Shown: one piece after another, positions 48,341 through 59,166 of the stretch
How the letters are laid out: each line of letters opens with the position of its first letter
Numbering within the stretch: the stretch's first letter is position 1
The notes under the pieces: model-generated
Told to the model about the DNA's origin: nothing
Seen by the model: only the letters and a program-made list of their open reading frames with translations
Databases searched by the model: none
Translations under genes and position numbers: made by a program
Source: Myxococcota bacterium
Lineage (GTDB): Bacteria; Myxococcota; Myxococcia; Myxococcales; Myxococcaceae
Direction: 5' to 3'
Assembly (NCBI GenBank): GCA_049322255.1
Contig: JBMORE010000053.1
Coordinates: forward strand, 62,001-126,000
DNA: 64,000 nt

Positions 48341-50157
48341 TTCATCGGGGTGCCTGCGGGAATGCGTACCTCGAAGGTGGTGCCCTTCCCCGGCTTGCTC
48401 TTGCAGCTCACCGTGCCGCCGTGCTCCTCGGCGATGCGCTTGACGATCGCCAGCCCCAGGCCGGTGCCGTTCTTCTTGCGCGCGGTGACGAACGACTGGA
48501 AGAGCCGATCGGCGATCTCCGGCGGAATTCCCGGCCCGTTGTCCTGGAAGCGCAAGACCAGCTCGTCTTCCTCACGGTCGATGCCCCACACGAAACGACC
48601 GCCGTCAGGCATCGCCTGCATGGCGTTGCGTGCGATGTTGTAGATGACGCGCTTGAGCTTGTTCTCGTCGGCGCGCACCGCGCCGGTGTAGCTCGCTTGC
48701 ACCTTGAGCTCGACCTGCGAGCCCTCGAAGTCCTTATGCAGGTACTCTTCCACCTCGGCGATGAAGTTCTGCAGATAGACCTTGCGCAAGAGCAGCTCCT
48801 GCTCGCCCTTGGCGAACGCCAGCGTCTCCCGGGTCATCGCGTTGAGCTGATCGAACTGTTTTTCGATGACGTCCGCCATGTCGGCGCGGGTCTTGGGGTC
48901 GTCTTCTCCGGCCATCATCTGGGCATAGGCGCTGATGATGGTCATGGGCGTTTTAAGATCATGGAGGACGCCTGACAGCATCTGGCCGATCGAAGCCAAC
49001 CGTGCTTTTTGCTCGCCCTCCTCCTTCGCCTTGCGACGAATGATCGCCCGGCCCGTCTGCCCCGCGAGCAGGGTGGCCAACCGTTCATCGGCTTCGTCGA
49101 AGCCGCCCTTCTTGTTGAGCAGCTCGAGCGCTCCGAGGATCGCGTTCTCCCCTTCGATGGGCACACACAACACCGCTCCGATGGGCACGCCCAACTTCTT
49201 GGCGAATGACTTGTCGTAGTGCGGCGAATCTTCCGCGTCGGCCACCCGCACCGTCTCGCCCGAGCTGGCCACATGGCCGGCGATTCCCTTGCCTGCGGGA
49301 AGGCGCATCGACACCAGGTGGTCGCTCTTCTCTCCCTTGGCGCTGCGGAAGTAGAGCGCCTCACCGTCGTCTTCGGAGAGGAAGATGGACCCCGCACCGG
49401 CGCCAATCACCGTCATCGCCTTGTCGAGAATACGGTCGAGTAAGTCCTCCTTGGCCTCGGAGGAGAACACCGCGCGCTCGACCTCGTAGAGCAGATCGAG
49501 GTCCTTGACCGCCTGCGTGAGCGCCTCGGTGGTTTGGGTCAGCTCCTCGTTGCGGCGGCGCAGCTCGTCGAGCAAAAGAACGTTGTCGAGCACGGCGGCG
49601 ATCTGCGAGGCCACCGCGCCCACCAGCGAGACGTCGTCGTGGGAAAAGGCGTTCACCTTCCGGTGCAGCACCTCGACGACGCCGATGGTCCGCCCGGTGA
49701 CGTGCTGCAGCGGCACCGCAATCACCGAGCGGGTGCGAAACCCCGAGCGCCGGTCGATCTCCGGGTTGAAGCGGAGGTCGTCGTACGCGTCGGGCAAAAG
49801 CAGCGCCTCCCCGGTGGCCATCACGTGGCCGGCGATGCCGCTGGACACCGGCAGGCGAATTTCCTTGAGGGTCGAGCCTTTGAGCACGCGCGACCAGAGC
49901 TCCTGCGTCTTGGGGTCGAGCATGAACAGCGTCGACGCCTCGGCACCCAGCAACGCGGTCAACCGATCCATCACCAAGCGCAAGAGCTCGTCGACGTCCT
50001 TGGCCGAGGAGATGGCCGCGCCGATCTCCAGCACCGCGTGGAAACGGGACGCCTGCTGACCCACGGCGTCCTCCAGCTCGGAGAGCTTGTCGGAGAGGCC
50101 CGTGAGCAGCCCCGAGGGAGACGGCTTCGCCAACGCCTTCGGCGATCGGTCGGACAT
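48337..50157 (-). CDS. Double-GAF sensor histidine kinase
   Basis: Two GAF domains (GIAGHV motif twice); HDLKTP; NIARNA; DNGPGI; GTGLGL. Confidence 0.93.
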   Translation of the reverse strand: MSDRSPKALAKPSPSGLLTGLSDKLSELEDAVGQQASRFHAVLEIGAAISSAKDVDELLRLVMDRLTALLGAEASTLFMLDPKTQELWSRVLKGSTLKEIRLPVSSGIAGHVMATGEALLLPDAYDDLRFNPEIDRRSGFRTRSVIAVPLQHVTGRTIGVVEVLHRKVNAFSHDDVSLVGAVASQIAAVLDNVLLLDELRRRNEELTQTTEALTQAVKDLDLLYEVERAVFSSEAKEDLLDRILDKAMTVIGAGAGSIFLSEDDGEALYFRSAKGEKSDHLVSMRLPAGKGIAGHVASSGETVRVADAEDSPHYDKSFAKKLGVPIGAVLCVPIEGENAILGALELLNKKGGFDEADERLATLLAGQTGRAIIRRKAKEEGEQKARLASIGQMLSGVLHDLKTPMTIISAYAQMMAGEDDPKTRADMADVIEKQFDQLNAMTRETLAFAKGEQELLLRKVYLQNFIAEVEEYLHKDFEGSQVELKVQASYTGAVRADENKLKRVIYNIARNAMQAMPDGGRFVWGIDREEDELVLRFQDNGPGIPPEIADRLFQSFVTARKKNGTGLGLAIVKRIAEEHGGTVSCKSKPGKGTTFEVRIPAGTPMN

Positions 50158-50205
50158 GACGCCCACTTAGCACAGGCGCTCCCTCCCTCCACCTGCCAGC
50201 CGCGG

Positions 50206-52932
50206 TCAGTGAGCGTCGGCCCAGCTCCGCCCTACTCCGACATCGACCTTCAGCGGAACCCGGAAAGCGGCGGCGTGCGTCATCACTTCGACCGCGAGGG
50301 AGCGCACCTTCTCCACCTCGGACTGCGGCACCTCGAACAAGAGCTCGTCATGCACCTGAAGCACCATGCGGCCTCGCAACTGTTGCTCGCGCAGGGCAGA
50401 GTCGATGCGCAGCATCGCCAACTTGATGAGGTCGGCGGCGGTGCCCTGAATCGGCATGTTGATCGCCGCCCGCTCGGCTGCCATCGCCACCGCGCGGTTC
50501 TTCGAGCCCAGCTCCGGCATGTAGCGGCGACGACCGAAGAGCGTCTCCACGAAGCCGCTCTTGTGCGCCTTGGCGACGGTCTCTTCCAGGTAACGGTGAA
50601 TACCGGTGTAGCGGGCGAAGTAGCGGTCGATGATCGACTTGGCCTCCTCGGCGGGAATGTCGAGGCGGGTGGAGAGCCCGTGCGGTGACAGCCCGTAGGC
50701 GATGCCGTAGTTGACCATCTTCGCCGCACGGCGCTGATCGGGGGTGACGGCTTGGGGGGGAACCCCGAACACCTCGGCAGCGGTGCGCGTGTGCACATCG
50801 GCGTCTTCGGCGAACGCCTTCACCAGCGCCTCGTCGCCGGCGATGTGCGCCAAGATGCGCAGCTCGATCTGCGAGTAGTCGGCGGAGATCAGCTGGCCGC
50901 CTTCTTCTGCCACGAAGGCGCGGCGAATCTTTTGCCCCAGCTCGGTGCGGATGGGAATGTTCTGCAAGTTCGGGTCGCTCGACGACAGCCTCCCTGTGGC
51001 CGCCGCCGCCTGGTGCAGCGTGGTGTGCACCCGACCATCTTCGGCGATGAGCTGCGGCAGGGTGTCGAGGTAGGTGCTCTTGAGCTTGGCGACGTTGCGG
51101 TAGTCGATGATCGCTTGCGGCAACGGGTGCTGAGCGGCCAGCTTCTCCAGCACCTCCTGGTCGGTGGAGGGGCCCGTCTTCCCCTTCTTGAGCACCGGCA
51201 GCTTCAAGTCGGTGAACAACACCTGCGCAAGCTGCGCGGGCGAGCCGACGTTGAGCTCCCGCCCCGCCAGGCGGTAGATGTCGGCCAAACGCTCCGCGCA
51301 CAGCCGGTCGACCATGGCAGACAGGCGCGCCAGCTCGGCCCGGTCGACCTTCACCCCGGCGCGCTCCATGCTCGCAAGCACGGGCAGGAGCGGCAGCTCG
51401 ATCTCCCGCGCGACTTTGGCCAGCCCCACCTGCTCGAGCTCGTCCCACAGCTGGGGAGCGAGGCGGTGAACCGCGTCGGCGTAGGCACCGTAGCAGCGGG
51501 CAGACTCCTCGACGCCCGCTTCGGTGAGGGCCACCTTCTTCGTGTGCGGCAGCGGCGGAAGCTCGGCGCCCAGCCGTTCGCGCGCGAGGTCGGAAAGCGC
51601 GTGCTCCTTGCGCGACGGGTTGAGCAGGTAGGAGAGCAGCTCGACGTCGCCGCTCGCCCCTCGAAGCTGTAGGCCGGCCTTGGCCAACACGTGGCTCGCC
51701 GCCTTGAGGTCGTGCCCGCTCTTTTGGACGTCGGCGTCGGCGATGACGGCCCCCAGCACCGCCTGCAGCTCACCAGCGGGAAAGCACGGAGGGCGGTGCG
51801 CGAGCGGAACGTAAAAAGTTCGCCCATCTGGGAGCGCCAGCCCCAGCCCGACGAGGTTCGCCAGCTGCGCCAGCCCCTCGAAGGCCGGCACGAGCGCCAG
51901 CTCCTTCGCTTTGCGCGCCGCCCCGGCCACCTCCGCCAGCTTGGCCGGCTCGATGATGACTTCGGTCTGGGTGGCCAAGTGGGTGGGTTGAGCGGCGGGC
52001 ATCTCCTGGATGAGGCGGAAGAACTCCAGCTCGGTGAAAAGAGCCCGCGCTTCGGCCTGATGAATGTCGCGGCGCGCGAGGTCTTCGAGCCGAACGCCCA
52101 GCTCGAGATCGGTCTTGAAGCTGACGAGCTTCTTGGCCCGGCGCAGGGTGTCGACGTGGGCCTGCAGCGCCTCGCGGACCTTGGGCTTGTTCACCTCGGC
52201 AAGGCGAGCGATGAGCGCCTCTACATTGCCAAATTGGGCGAGCAGCTCGACCGCGGTCTTGGGTCCGATGCCTGGCACCTTGGCCACGTTGTCGATGGCG
52301 TCCCCGACGAGGGCCAGGTAGTCGGCCATCTGGGCGGGCTTCACGTGGTACTTCGCCTCGGCCTCCTTCGGCCCGATGAGGCGGTCACTCACCGGGTCGT
52401 ACACTTCCACGTCGCCGTCGAGGAGCTGAATGAAGTCCTTGTCGCTGGCAATGATGCGCACCCGCCACCCTTCCTTGCGGGCACGTTCGACCAAGGTGGC
52501 GATGACGTCGTCCGCCTCCCAGCCGGCCACCTCGAGAACGGGAATGTTGAGCGCGTGTGCCACCTTGCGAATCAAGGCGAACTGAGTGACCAGATCCTCC
52601 GGGGGCGCTTCGCGGTTGGCCTTGTAGGTGGGGTCGATCTCCAAGCGGCCCTTGCGGCTCTCCTTGTCGAAGCAGAGCGCCACGTAGGCCGGGCTCTGCT
52701 CGCGCAGGGTCTTGAGGAGCATGCGCGTGAAACCGAGCACCGCGTGGGTGGGCAAGCCCTTCGACGTCGTCAGCCCAGGCAGGGCGTGGTACGCGCGGAA
52801 GATGTACCCCGAGGCGTCGATGAGGGTGAGCTTTTTGGCAGCCGGGGCTTCCGGCACCCGCTCGGCAGGTTGCTCTTTAGGTTTTGCGGGGGCGCCAAAG
52901 TCGAGCTCGAGCGTGTCCTGAGACGAAGCCAT
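50206..52932 (-). CDS. polA: DNA polymerase I
   Basis: 5'-3' exonuclease (LIDAS..FRAYHA, EADD); polymerase TGRLSS, ADYSQIELR, NYGIAYG, VHDEL. Confidence 0.97.
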   Translation of the reverse strand: MASSQDTLELDFGAPAKPKEQPAERVPEAPAAKKLTLIDASGYIFRAYHALPGLTTSKGLPTHAVLGFTRMLLKTLREQSPAYVALCFDKESRKGRLEIDPTYKANREAPPEDLVTQFALIRKVAHALNIPVLEVAGWEADDVIATLVERARKEGWRVRIIASDKDFIQLLDGDVEVYDPVSDRLIGPKEAEAKYHVKPAQMADYLALVGDAIDNVAKVPGIGPKTAVELLAQFGNVEALIARLAEVNKPKVREALQAHVDTLRRAKKLVSFKTDLELGVRLEDLARRDIHQAEARALFTELEFFRLIQEMPAAQPTHLATQTEVIIEPAKLAEVAGAARKAKELALVPAFEGLAQLANLVGLGLALPDGRTFYVPLAHRPPCFPAGELQAVLGAVIADADVQKSGHDLKAASHVLAKAGLQLRGASGDVELLSYLLNPSRKEHALSDLARERLGAELPPLPHTKKVALTEAGVEESARCYGAYADAVHRLAPQLWDELEQVGLAKVAREIELPLLPVLASMERAGVKVDRAELARLSAMVDRLCAERLADIYRLAGRELNVGSPAQLAQVLFTDLKLPVLKKGKTGPSTDQEVLEKLAAQHPLPQAIIDYRNVAKLKSTYLDTLPQLIAEDGRVHTTLHQAAAATGRLSSSDPNLQNIPIRTELGQKIRRAFVAEEGGQLISADYSQIELRILAHIAGDEALVKAFAEDADVHTRTAAEVFGVPPQAVTPDQRRAAKMVNYGIAYGLSPHGLSTRLDIPAEEAKSIIDRYFARYTGIHRYLEETVAKAHKSGFVETLFGRRRYMPELGSKNRAVAMAAERAAINMPIQGTAADLIKLAMLRIDSALREQQLRGRMVLQVHDELLFEVPQSEVEKVRSLAVEVMTHAAAFRVPLKVDVGVGRSWADAH

Positions 52933-52977
52933 GCCGTAGGCCCATAACGCGCTTGGGCGCCCAAAGTCACGACCGCG

Positions 52978-55179
52978 CTAGGGACACTGCCACTCGGCCT
53001 TCTTCGCCTCGGCCTTCTCCTTCATGCCGTCGCCGTCGACCGCGAAGTCGAGTACCTTGGCCAGATCCTCGCAGGTGTTTGCATTATTGAACGTAGTGAC
53101 GGCGGCGTTCGAGCATCCATTGCCGAGCACTCGCAGCAGGTCGGCGTTGCCCTTGAAGAAAGCAAACCCCAGCTTCCAGAGCCTACAGGCGCCACGGCGG
53201 TTTCCGCGATCACCAAACATCCTGCCCTTCCGGTACGCAACCGCCGCCATGTCGGACTGAATGGTGCGCCGGTAGAAGGATGGCGACTTCTCGAACTGAT
53301 CGGCCATCAGCTCCTTGTCCTTGTCCAGCGCTTCCCGGAAAGGCTCGGCGGCGCGCTCGGGGTCCTCCGCCTGCAGGGCGCTCTGGCCTTCCTTGAACAA
53401 CGAATCGACATCGTTAATCTCCCCCATCAGCTTTTTCGCCTGGGCATGGACCTGGGCCTTCTCCTGCTTCTCGATCACCCGGGCGAGCAGGTTGAGCGAG
53501 TCACCCGACTTGCCCTGGTAGTACGACACCATCGCCGCGGCGATCTCCTTGTCCTCGAACCGCTTCCCCATCGCCTCTTTCACGTCGATCAGCGGGTCGC
53601 GCACCTGCTCATCGTCGCGAAAGATGGGTAGATGAGGGCACCTCCAACCAGGTGCGTTGGGATCGACCCGGGCGCGCGTCTGGAGGAAGCGCAGGTACAT
53701 CGCGTCCTTCGGGCGCCACTCGGTCCTGCTCAGCGCCCTAGGCTCGATGACCAGCGTGGAGCCCAGTGGCGGGTAGAGCTCTTCGTCGCTCATCCTTTGG
53801 CAGGCGATCTTGAGGTGCAGCTCGCAGCGCGGCAGCGCGATCTCCCACTGCCGGTTGCTGACGTACCGCTTGCAGTCCTCGCCGGTCTTCTTGCGCACCT
53901 CCTCGATGGCTTCTTTCAGCTTGGGCTTCGCCTTGAAGTAGTAGCTGCAGTCCGGGCGAATCTTGGCGAACAGCTCCAACGCCTCTTCCTCGCGCGAGCG
54001 CGACATCGCCTTGTCACCCCGGCTGAAGTAGTCGTCGCACTCCTTCTCGATGTGAATCTTGCGCAAGAGCTGGTTCGCCTCTTCGTGAATGGGGTCGATG
54101 TCCAGCGCCTTGTTGCACGCCGCCTCCGCCCGCGCCCAGTCGGGGTTACCCAGCTCGACCGAGGAGTAGCTGCGACATTCGGAAAGAAACTCGGTCAACT
54201 GCGCGCCCGGATCGAGCTCGATCGGTTTGTCGATGGGACGGGCGGGACCCGGCTGTGAGCTGAGCACGTATTTGAGCCCCCACCCGACGAGCACCAGCCC
54301 GAGCACCCCGAACGCGATGAGCGACAGTCGCGTGCCCTTGGAGTTGCCCGCTGCCTGCGACCCGCCTACCTCGCGGCGTCGGCCTGGCACGCGCCCCGCA
54401 GTCTCGCCGGCGTCGAACTCCATCTCGACAACGCCGAACTGCACGATGTCGCCGCTGGTCAAAACCATGTCGCCCGCCACTGGCTCACCGTTCACCAGGG
54501 TGCCGTTGGCGCTACCCAGATCGCGCAGCACCACGCCCGATGGGCCCAGTTCGACCTCCGCGTGACGCCGGCTCACCGAGTCGTCCTCGATGTGCACCGC
54601 CGTTCCAGGAACGCGGCCAATGACGGCGCCCCTCTTCAGCGGATACACCTTGTTCAACCAGGGGCCGGTGAGCCCACGAAAGGAGGGGCCTGCTTCTGAA
54701 GAAGCGGCTGGCCGTGGCGAACGGGGCTGCCGCTCCACCTTGGCCAACGCCGACATGTCTTTCGAGGCGGCGGGCACCATCCGGGTAGAGCGTGCCGCCT
54801 TGACCGATGGCTGTACCGAGGTCGTCGACGGCTTACCCGTCGGCATCGAGGCGCCGTTCCCCGCCGGACGGCTGGACCGGGCTTGGGGCGCCCCAGCGGC
54901 CTTCACCGACAGCTCGTAGTCACCGATCACCACCTGCGCACGCGGCGCCAGCGGAGTCGGTCCGCTGATTCGCTCCCCGTCGACGAAGGTGCCGTTGGCC
55001 GAGCCGTTGTCCTCGACGACCACCTGGCCGTTTTTGAGGAAGAAGCGGGCGTGCCGGCGGGAGACCCCGCCCTGCGGCAGCACCAAGTCGTTCTCCTCGG
55101 CCCGGCCGATGGTCAGCTCCGCCACGAGCTCGTGCTCCTGCTCGCTCCCATCCGGATGTCGAACGAGGACGGTGGGCAT
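52978..55179 (-). CDS. Double-FHA, TM, Cys-rich/TPR periplasmic protein (KilD-like)
   Basis: Two canonical FHA domains (GR..SRRH..SANGT), one TM segment, TPR-like helices, many Cys; directly downstream of the Tad ATPase. Confidence 0.82.
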   Translation of the reverse strand: MPTVLVRHPDGSEQEHELVAELTIGRAEENDLVLPQGGVSRRHARFFLKNGQVVVEDNGSANGTFVDGERISGPTPLAPRAQVVIGDYELSVKAAGAPQARSSRPAGNGASMPTGKPSTTSVQPSVKAARSTRMVPAASKDMSALAKVERQPRSPRPAASSEAGPSFRGLTGPWLNKVYPLKRGAVIGRVPGTAVHIEDDSVSRRHAEVELGPSGVVLRDLGSANGTLVNGEPVAGDMVLTSGDIVQFGVVEMEFDAGETAGRVPGRRREVGGSQAAGNSKGTRLSLIAFGVLGLVLVGWGLKYVLSSQPGPARPIDKPIELDPGAQLTEFLSECRSYSSVELGNPDWARAEAACNKALDIDPIHEEANQLLRKIHIEKECDDYFSRGDKAMSRSREEEALELFAKIRPDCSYYFKAKPKLKEAIEEVRKKTGEDCKRYVSNRQWEIALPRCELHLKIACQRMSDEELYPPLGSTLVIEPRALSRTEWRPKDAMYLRFLQTRARVDPNAPGWRCPHLPIFRDDEQVRDPLIDVKEAMGKRFEDKEIAAAMVSYYQGKSGDSLNLLARVIEKQEKAQVHAQAKKLMGEINDVDSLFKEGQSALQAEDPERAAEPFREALDKDKELMADQFEKSPSFYRRTIQSDMAAVAYRKGRMFGDRGNRRGACRLWKLGFAFFKGNADLLRVLGNGCSNAAVTTFNNANTCEDLAKVLDFAVDGDGMKEKAEAKKAEWQCP

Positions 55180-55188
55180 CGCGTCTGA

Positions 55189-57000
55189 CTAATCCTCCCG
55201 GAAGATGCTCATGTTCACGGGGATGCCGCGGCGCTGGAGCTCGTCGTAGAACTTGGGCACGAAGCCCGAGGCCACGTAGCGCCCCTTCACCTTGCCATCC
55301 TCGGTGAAGCCCTCTTGCTTGAAGTAGAAAATATCCTGGAGGGTGACGATGTCGACCTCCATGCCGGAGATCTCGGTGATGAAGCAGATCTTCCGGGTCC
55401 CGTCGGAGAAGCGCGTCTGTTGGACGATGATGTTCACCGCCGAAGCAATTTGTTCGCGAATGGCCTTCACCGGCAAGTCCATGCCCGCCATCAGCACCAT
55501 CGTCTCCATGCGCGCCAGGGCGTCACGGGGAGTGTTGGCGTGCAGCGTGGTGAGCGAGCCGTCGTGGCCGGTGTTCATCGCTTGGAGCATGTCCAGGGTT
55601 TCGCCGCTGCGGCACTCGCCGACGACGATGCGGTCGGGGCGCATGCGCAGGCAGTTCTTCACCAAGTCGCGAATGGTGATCGAGCCCTTGCCTTCGAGGT
55701 TGGGCGGCCGCGACTCCAGCTGCACCCAATGGTCCTGCGGCAGCTGAAGCTCGGCCGCGTCCTCCACGGTGATGATGCGCTCGTCGTCTGGAATGAATGA
55801 GCTGATGATGTTCAGCGTGGTCGTCTTGCCCGAGCCGGTGCCGCCCGAGATGACGATGTTCTTGCGCGCCTTGACGCACATCTCGAGGAACTCGGCCATC
55901 ATCGGGGTGACGGTCTTGTAGCGAATGAGGTCTTCGATCTTGAGCGCGTCGCGCTTGAACTTACGAATGGTGATGCAAGGTCCCTTGAGCGCCAGCGGCG
56001 GAATGATGGCGTTGACGCGGCTACCGTCCTTGAGGCGAGCGTCGACCAGGGGGCTCGACTCGTCGATGCGACGGCCGATGGGAGCGACGATGCGCTCGAT
56101 GACCCCGAGCACCGCCTGGTTGGAGGAGAAGATCTTGTCCGACAGAATGATCTTCCCCTTGCGCTCGATGTAGATCTGGTTGGCGTGGTTCACCATGATC
56201 TCGCTGATCTCGTCGGAGGCCAAAAAGGCCTCCAACGGCCCTAGGCCCAGCGCCTCGTTGAGAACGTCGGTGAGCACACCGTCGCGGTCGACGCCCTCGG
56301 GAAGCTCGCCGTCCGCCTCCATTTGATTGAGGATGTCCTTGATCGCTTTCTCGGTGCGGCGCCACAGCTCGTCATCGCCCAGCCGGTCCATGTCCAGCCG
56401 GCGCAGGTCCATGTATTCGATCAAGCGATCGTGAATGTCCTTCTGTAAGCGTGCGTAGCGGTCGACCTTCGGGTCGACCTTGCGCTGCCGCTTCGCCAGC
56501 GCCGAGGCCATCGAGGCCGGCATGCGCGTGGGAGACCCTCGGGGAGCCACCTCTTCCTCGGAATAAGCCTCGTCGTCTCCCTCCTGCTCTTCCTCCTCCC
56601 CTTGTGGCCCAGCCGAAGAAGGCTCGGCGTCTTCGTACCCCTCCTCGCCCTCGGCTTCGTACTCCTCGTCTTCCACCGCGGGCTGCATGCGCGTGGAGGC
56701 GCCCCCGCCGGCGTTGGCCTCGACGTTGATGATGTAGTCGCCGATGTAGATCTTGTCTTGCGGGCGAATCACCTGCGGCGCGGCAATCTTCTTGCCGTTC
56801 ACATAGGTGCCGTTGGTCGACTTCATGTCGACGATGATGAACTTCCCGTCCTTGACGACGATGCGGGAGTGGTACTTCGACACGTTGCCCTTGGCGAGCA
56901 CGATGTCGTTGCCGCTCAAACGCCCGATGGTCACCTCGTTCTTATCGAAGGTGAGCTGCTGCGAGCCGCCGCCCTTTTCGGCCAGGGTGATGAGAACCAT
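55189..57000 (-). CDS. cpaF: Tad/CpaF pilus ATPase with N-terminal FHA domain (KilF-like)
   Basis: FHA, acidic linker, GLGPLE, SPLVDARL, GGTGSGKTT, LRMRPDRIVVGECR, AMNTGHDG. Confidence 0.95.
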   Translation of the reverse strand: MVLITLAEKGGGSQQLTFDKNEVTIGRLSGNDIVLAKGNVSKYHSRIVVKDGKFIIVDMKSTNGTYVNGKKIAAPQVIRPQDKIYIGDYIINVEANAGGGASTRMQPAVEDEEYEAEGEEGYEDAEPSSAGPQGEEEEQEGDDEAYSEEEVAPRGSPTRMPASMASALAKRQRKVDPKVDRYARLQKDIHDRLIEYMDLRRLDMDRLGDDELWRRTEKAIKDILNQMEADGELPEGVDRDGVLTDVLNEALGLGPLEAFLASDEISEIMVNHANQIYIERKGKIILSDKIFSSNQAVLGVIERIVAPIGRRIDESSPLVDARLKDGSRVNAIIPPLALKGPCITIRKFKRDALKIEDLIRYKTVTPMMAEFLEMCVKARKNIVISGGTGSGKTTTLNIISSFIPDDERIITVEDAAELQLPQDHWVQLESRPPNLEGKGSITIRDLVKNCLRMRPDRIVVGECRSGETLDMLQAMNTGHDGSLTTLHANTPRDALARMETMVLMAGMDLPVKAIREQIASAVNIIVQQTRFSDGTRKICFITEISGMEVDIVTLQDIFYFKQEGFTEDGKVKGRYVASGFVPKFYDELQRRGIPVNMSIFRED

Positions 57001-57051
57001 AGGGGGATAGTAGCAAAACCCCTCGGCGCCACGAGGGCGAGGAGCACACGC

Positions 57052-58494
57052 CTAGTCAAAGATTCCGAAGGTGACCTCGCCGCGCGCTTGTTTGTAGCGG
57101 GCCTTCACGTCCTCGATGATCGTGCGGATTTTGTCCGAGTCGGGGTTGACGATGCGCGGGGTGACGAAGATGACCAGCTCACGCTTGGTGGTGTCGAACG
57201 CCCGGTTCTTGAACAGCTCGCCGACGATCGGCAGGTGGCCCAGGCCGGGGAGCTTGGAAACCGCCTTCTGCTCATCGTGGCTGAACACGCCCGAGAGCAC
57301 GATGGTCTCTCCGTGGCGCACGGTGACGTTGGTCTTTACTTTGCGGGTGCGAAAGCCTGGCACCGATGTCGAGCCCACCGAGACGGACACCGAGGTGTCC
57401 ACCTCGCTCACCTCGGCCTCCACCTCGGTCTGGATGTTGCCGTTGCGGTCGGCGGTGGGGCGCAGGTTCAAGATGATGCCGAAGGGCTTGAACTCCACGG
57501 TGAAATGGTTCTCGGTGATGAGCGGTATGGGTATTTCCCCTCCCGCGAGGAACTCGGCCTTCTCGCCGCTGGCGCACACCAGCTTGGGCTGGGCGAGCAG
57601 CCGCCCATAGCCGTCGTTGTTTTGAAAGCCGACCGAGAAGTCGGCGTTCGCGTTGGCCAGGCCCAGCATGGTCCCTTCGGCGAAGTTGCCAGGGAAGAGG
57701 TCCTTGGTGACGTTGATGATCGCCGAAGCGCTGCCGGTGATGTCGGTAGGGTATTTGATGCCGTAGCGGTCCTTCGAATTGCGGCGAATCTCCACGAACT
57801 GCACCTCGGAGAGAATCATTCGCTTGATGCCTACCACCAGGAGGTTCTCCACCTTCTCGCCGATCGCCTTGGTGATGAGCTCGGCCTTCTGGAGGTCCTG
57901 CTGGCTCTCCACCGAGCCCTCGAGAAAGATCGTCGCCCCCACCACGGTGGCCTGCACGTTCTTGAGGCCCGCCTTCTGGAAGGCGGCGTTGAGGTTCTGG
58001 GCCACCAGCTTCTTGGCGTTGGGGGCGACCTTCACGAAGGACTTCACGTTCGGGTACAGGCCCACCACCTGCTCGATGCGTTCGGCGTCTTGCGTGGTGT
58101 AGGCCTGACCATCGAGGTAGATGCGGTCACCCACCATGCGCACGGTGACCCCTTCGATGTCCCCGAGCAGCTTCTTGATCTCCCCGATGATCTCATTGGG
58201 GTCCTGCTTGCGCACCGAGACCAGGTAGCTCATGCGCTGGCCCGAACCCTTCCAGATGAGCAGCGTGGTCTTCCCCTCGCCGGCGCCGATGATCAGCACC
58301 TGGTCGTTGCCGATGGTCTTCACGTCGGCGATCGACGGGTCTCCCACGGCGATGCGGTTGAGCCCGCGAACGGTGATGACTTTCTGCGTACCCACGCCCA
58401 GGCTGATGGTGTTGCCTTCCTGGGCCGAGGCGCTCCCGGCGACGATCGCAGCGGCGAAAACCACCACGAAGGACAGCTGGGCTTTCATCGGCAT
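57052..58494 (-). CDS. cpaC: Tad secretin CpaC/RcpA (KilC-like)
   Basis: Signal peptide; RIAVGDPSIADV, AEFLAGGEIP, LPGLGHLPIVGELF, ELVIFVTP. Confidence 0.92.
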   Translation of the reverse strand: MPMKAQLSFVVVFAAAIVAGSASAQEGNTISLGVGTQKVITVRGLNRIAVGDPSIADVKTIGNDQVLIIGAGEGKTTLLIWKGSGQRMSYLVSVRKQDPNEIIGEIKKLLGDIEGVTVRMVGDRIYLDGQAYTTQDAERIEQVVGLYPNVKSFVKVAPNAKKLVAQNLNAAFQKAGLKNVQATVVGATIFLEGSVESQQDLQKAELITKAIGEKVENLLVVGIKRMILSEVQFVEIRRNSKDRYGIKYPTDITGSASAIINVTKDLFPGNFAEGTMLGLANANADFSVGFQNNDGYGRLLAQPKLVCASGEKAEFLAGGEIPIPLITENHFTVEFKPFGIILNLRPTADRNGNIQTEVEAEVSEVDTSVSVSVGSTSVPGFRTRKVKTNVTVRHGETIVLSGVFSHDEQKAVSKLPGLGHLPIVGELFKNRAFDTTKRELVIFVTPRIVNPDSDKIRTIIEDVKARYKQARGEVTFGIFD

Positions 58495-58522
58495 GAATCC
58501 ACCCTCGTTCGGTTGAAACAGG

Positions 58523-59062
58523 TTAAGTCTGGGTGCGCTCCCACCACATGGCCCAGAAACTTCCCAAGGCGATCGCCAGGCCGTACGGGATGTGCCGGCG
58601 CGTCTTGGGCGCAAGAGCGGGGCCGAGCTTGGCGACGGCGGCGAAGCGTTGTGCCGCAGCAAAGATCGTCTCCCACACCGCGCCCTGCCACAGAAGCGAC
58701 ACCATCGCCTGGAGCGCACCCACCAAGGAGATGAACACCAGCGCCGCGAGAATGAGGGGGTACCCGAACACCGCCCCCACCGCGCCCATCAGCTTCACGT
58801 CTCCCCAACCAAAACCCTTACCGCGCCAAGCCAAAAGAGCGAACAGCACGGCCCCCACTGCTGTCCCCACAAGCCCCGACAAGAGCCCGCGCTCCAGATC
58901 GCCCAGCCCTTCCAGCCCGGCGCGCACCCCCAGGGCCAAGGCCATCGTCGGGTAAGTGACGATGTCGAGAATCCGGCGGCGCGCGAGATCGGTCACCACA
59001 GAAATCAAAAGCGCGACTCCCAAGAGCGTCCACAAGGCGACTTGAAGGGGGAACGTCGTCAA
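58523..59062 (-). CDS. cpaA: A24 prepilin peptidase CpaA/TadV (KilA-like)
   Basis: TDL..RRI, GWGDVKL, IPYGLAI. Confidence 0.9.
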   Translation of the reverse strand: MTTFPLQVALWTLLGVALLISVVTDLARRRILDIVTYPTMALALGVRAGLEGLGDLERGLLSGLVGTAVGAVLFALLAWRGKGFGWGDVKLMGAVGAVFGYPLILAALVFISLVGALQAMVSLLWQGAVWETIFAAAQRFAAVAKLGPALAPKTRRHIPYGLAIALGSFWAMWWERTQT

Positions 59063-59166
59063 CGCCTTTCGCCCATCTTAGAGCGCCTGCCCTGTCAGCA
59101 AGTGAACGAACTAGACCAGAGGGAGCGGCGGACGGCAAGCGTGGCGATCGTGACGCGACCGATGCG

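Noticed and set aside
56602..58734. 710-aa + strand ORF and similar long overlapping ORFs (e.g. 16-1113, 8341-9861, 36410-38542, 60519-62348)
   Set aside because: They overlap well-supported genes in other frames, have compositions typical of shadow frames, and show no motifs
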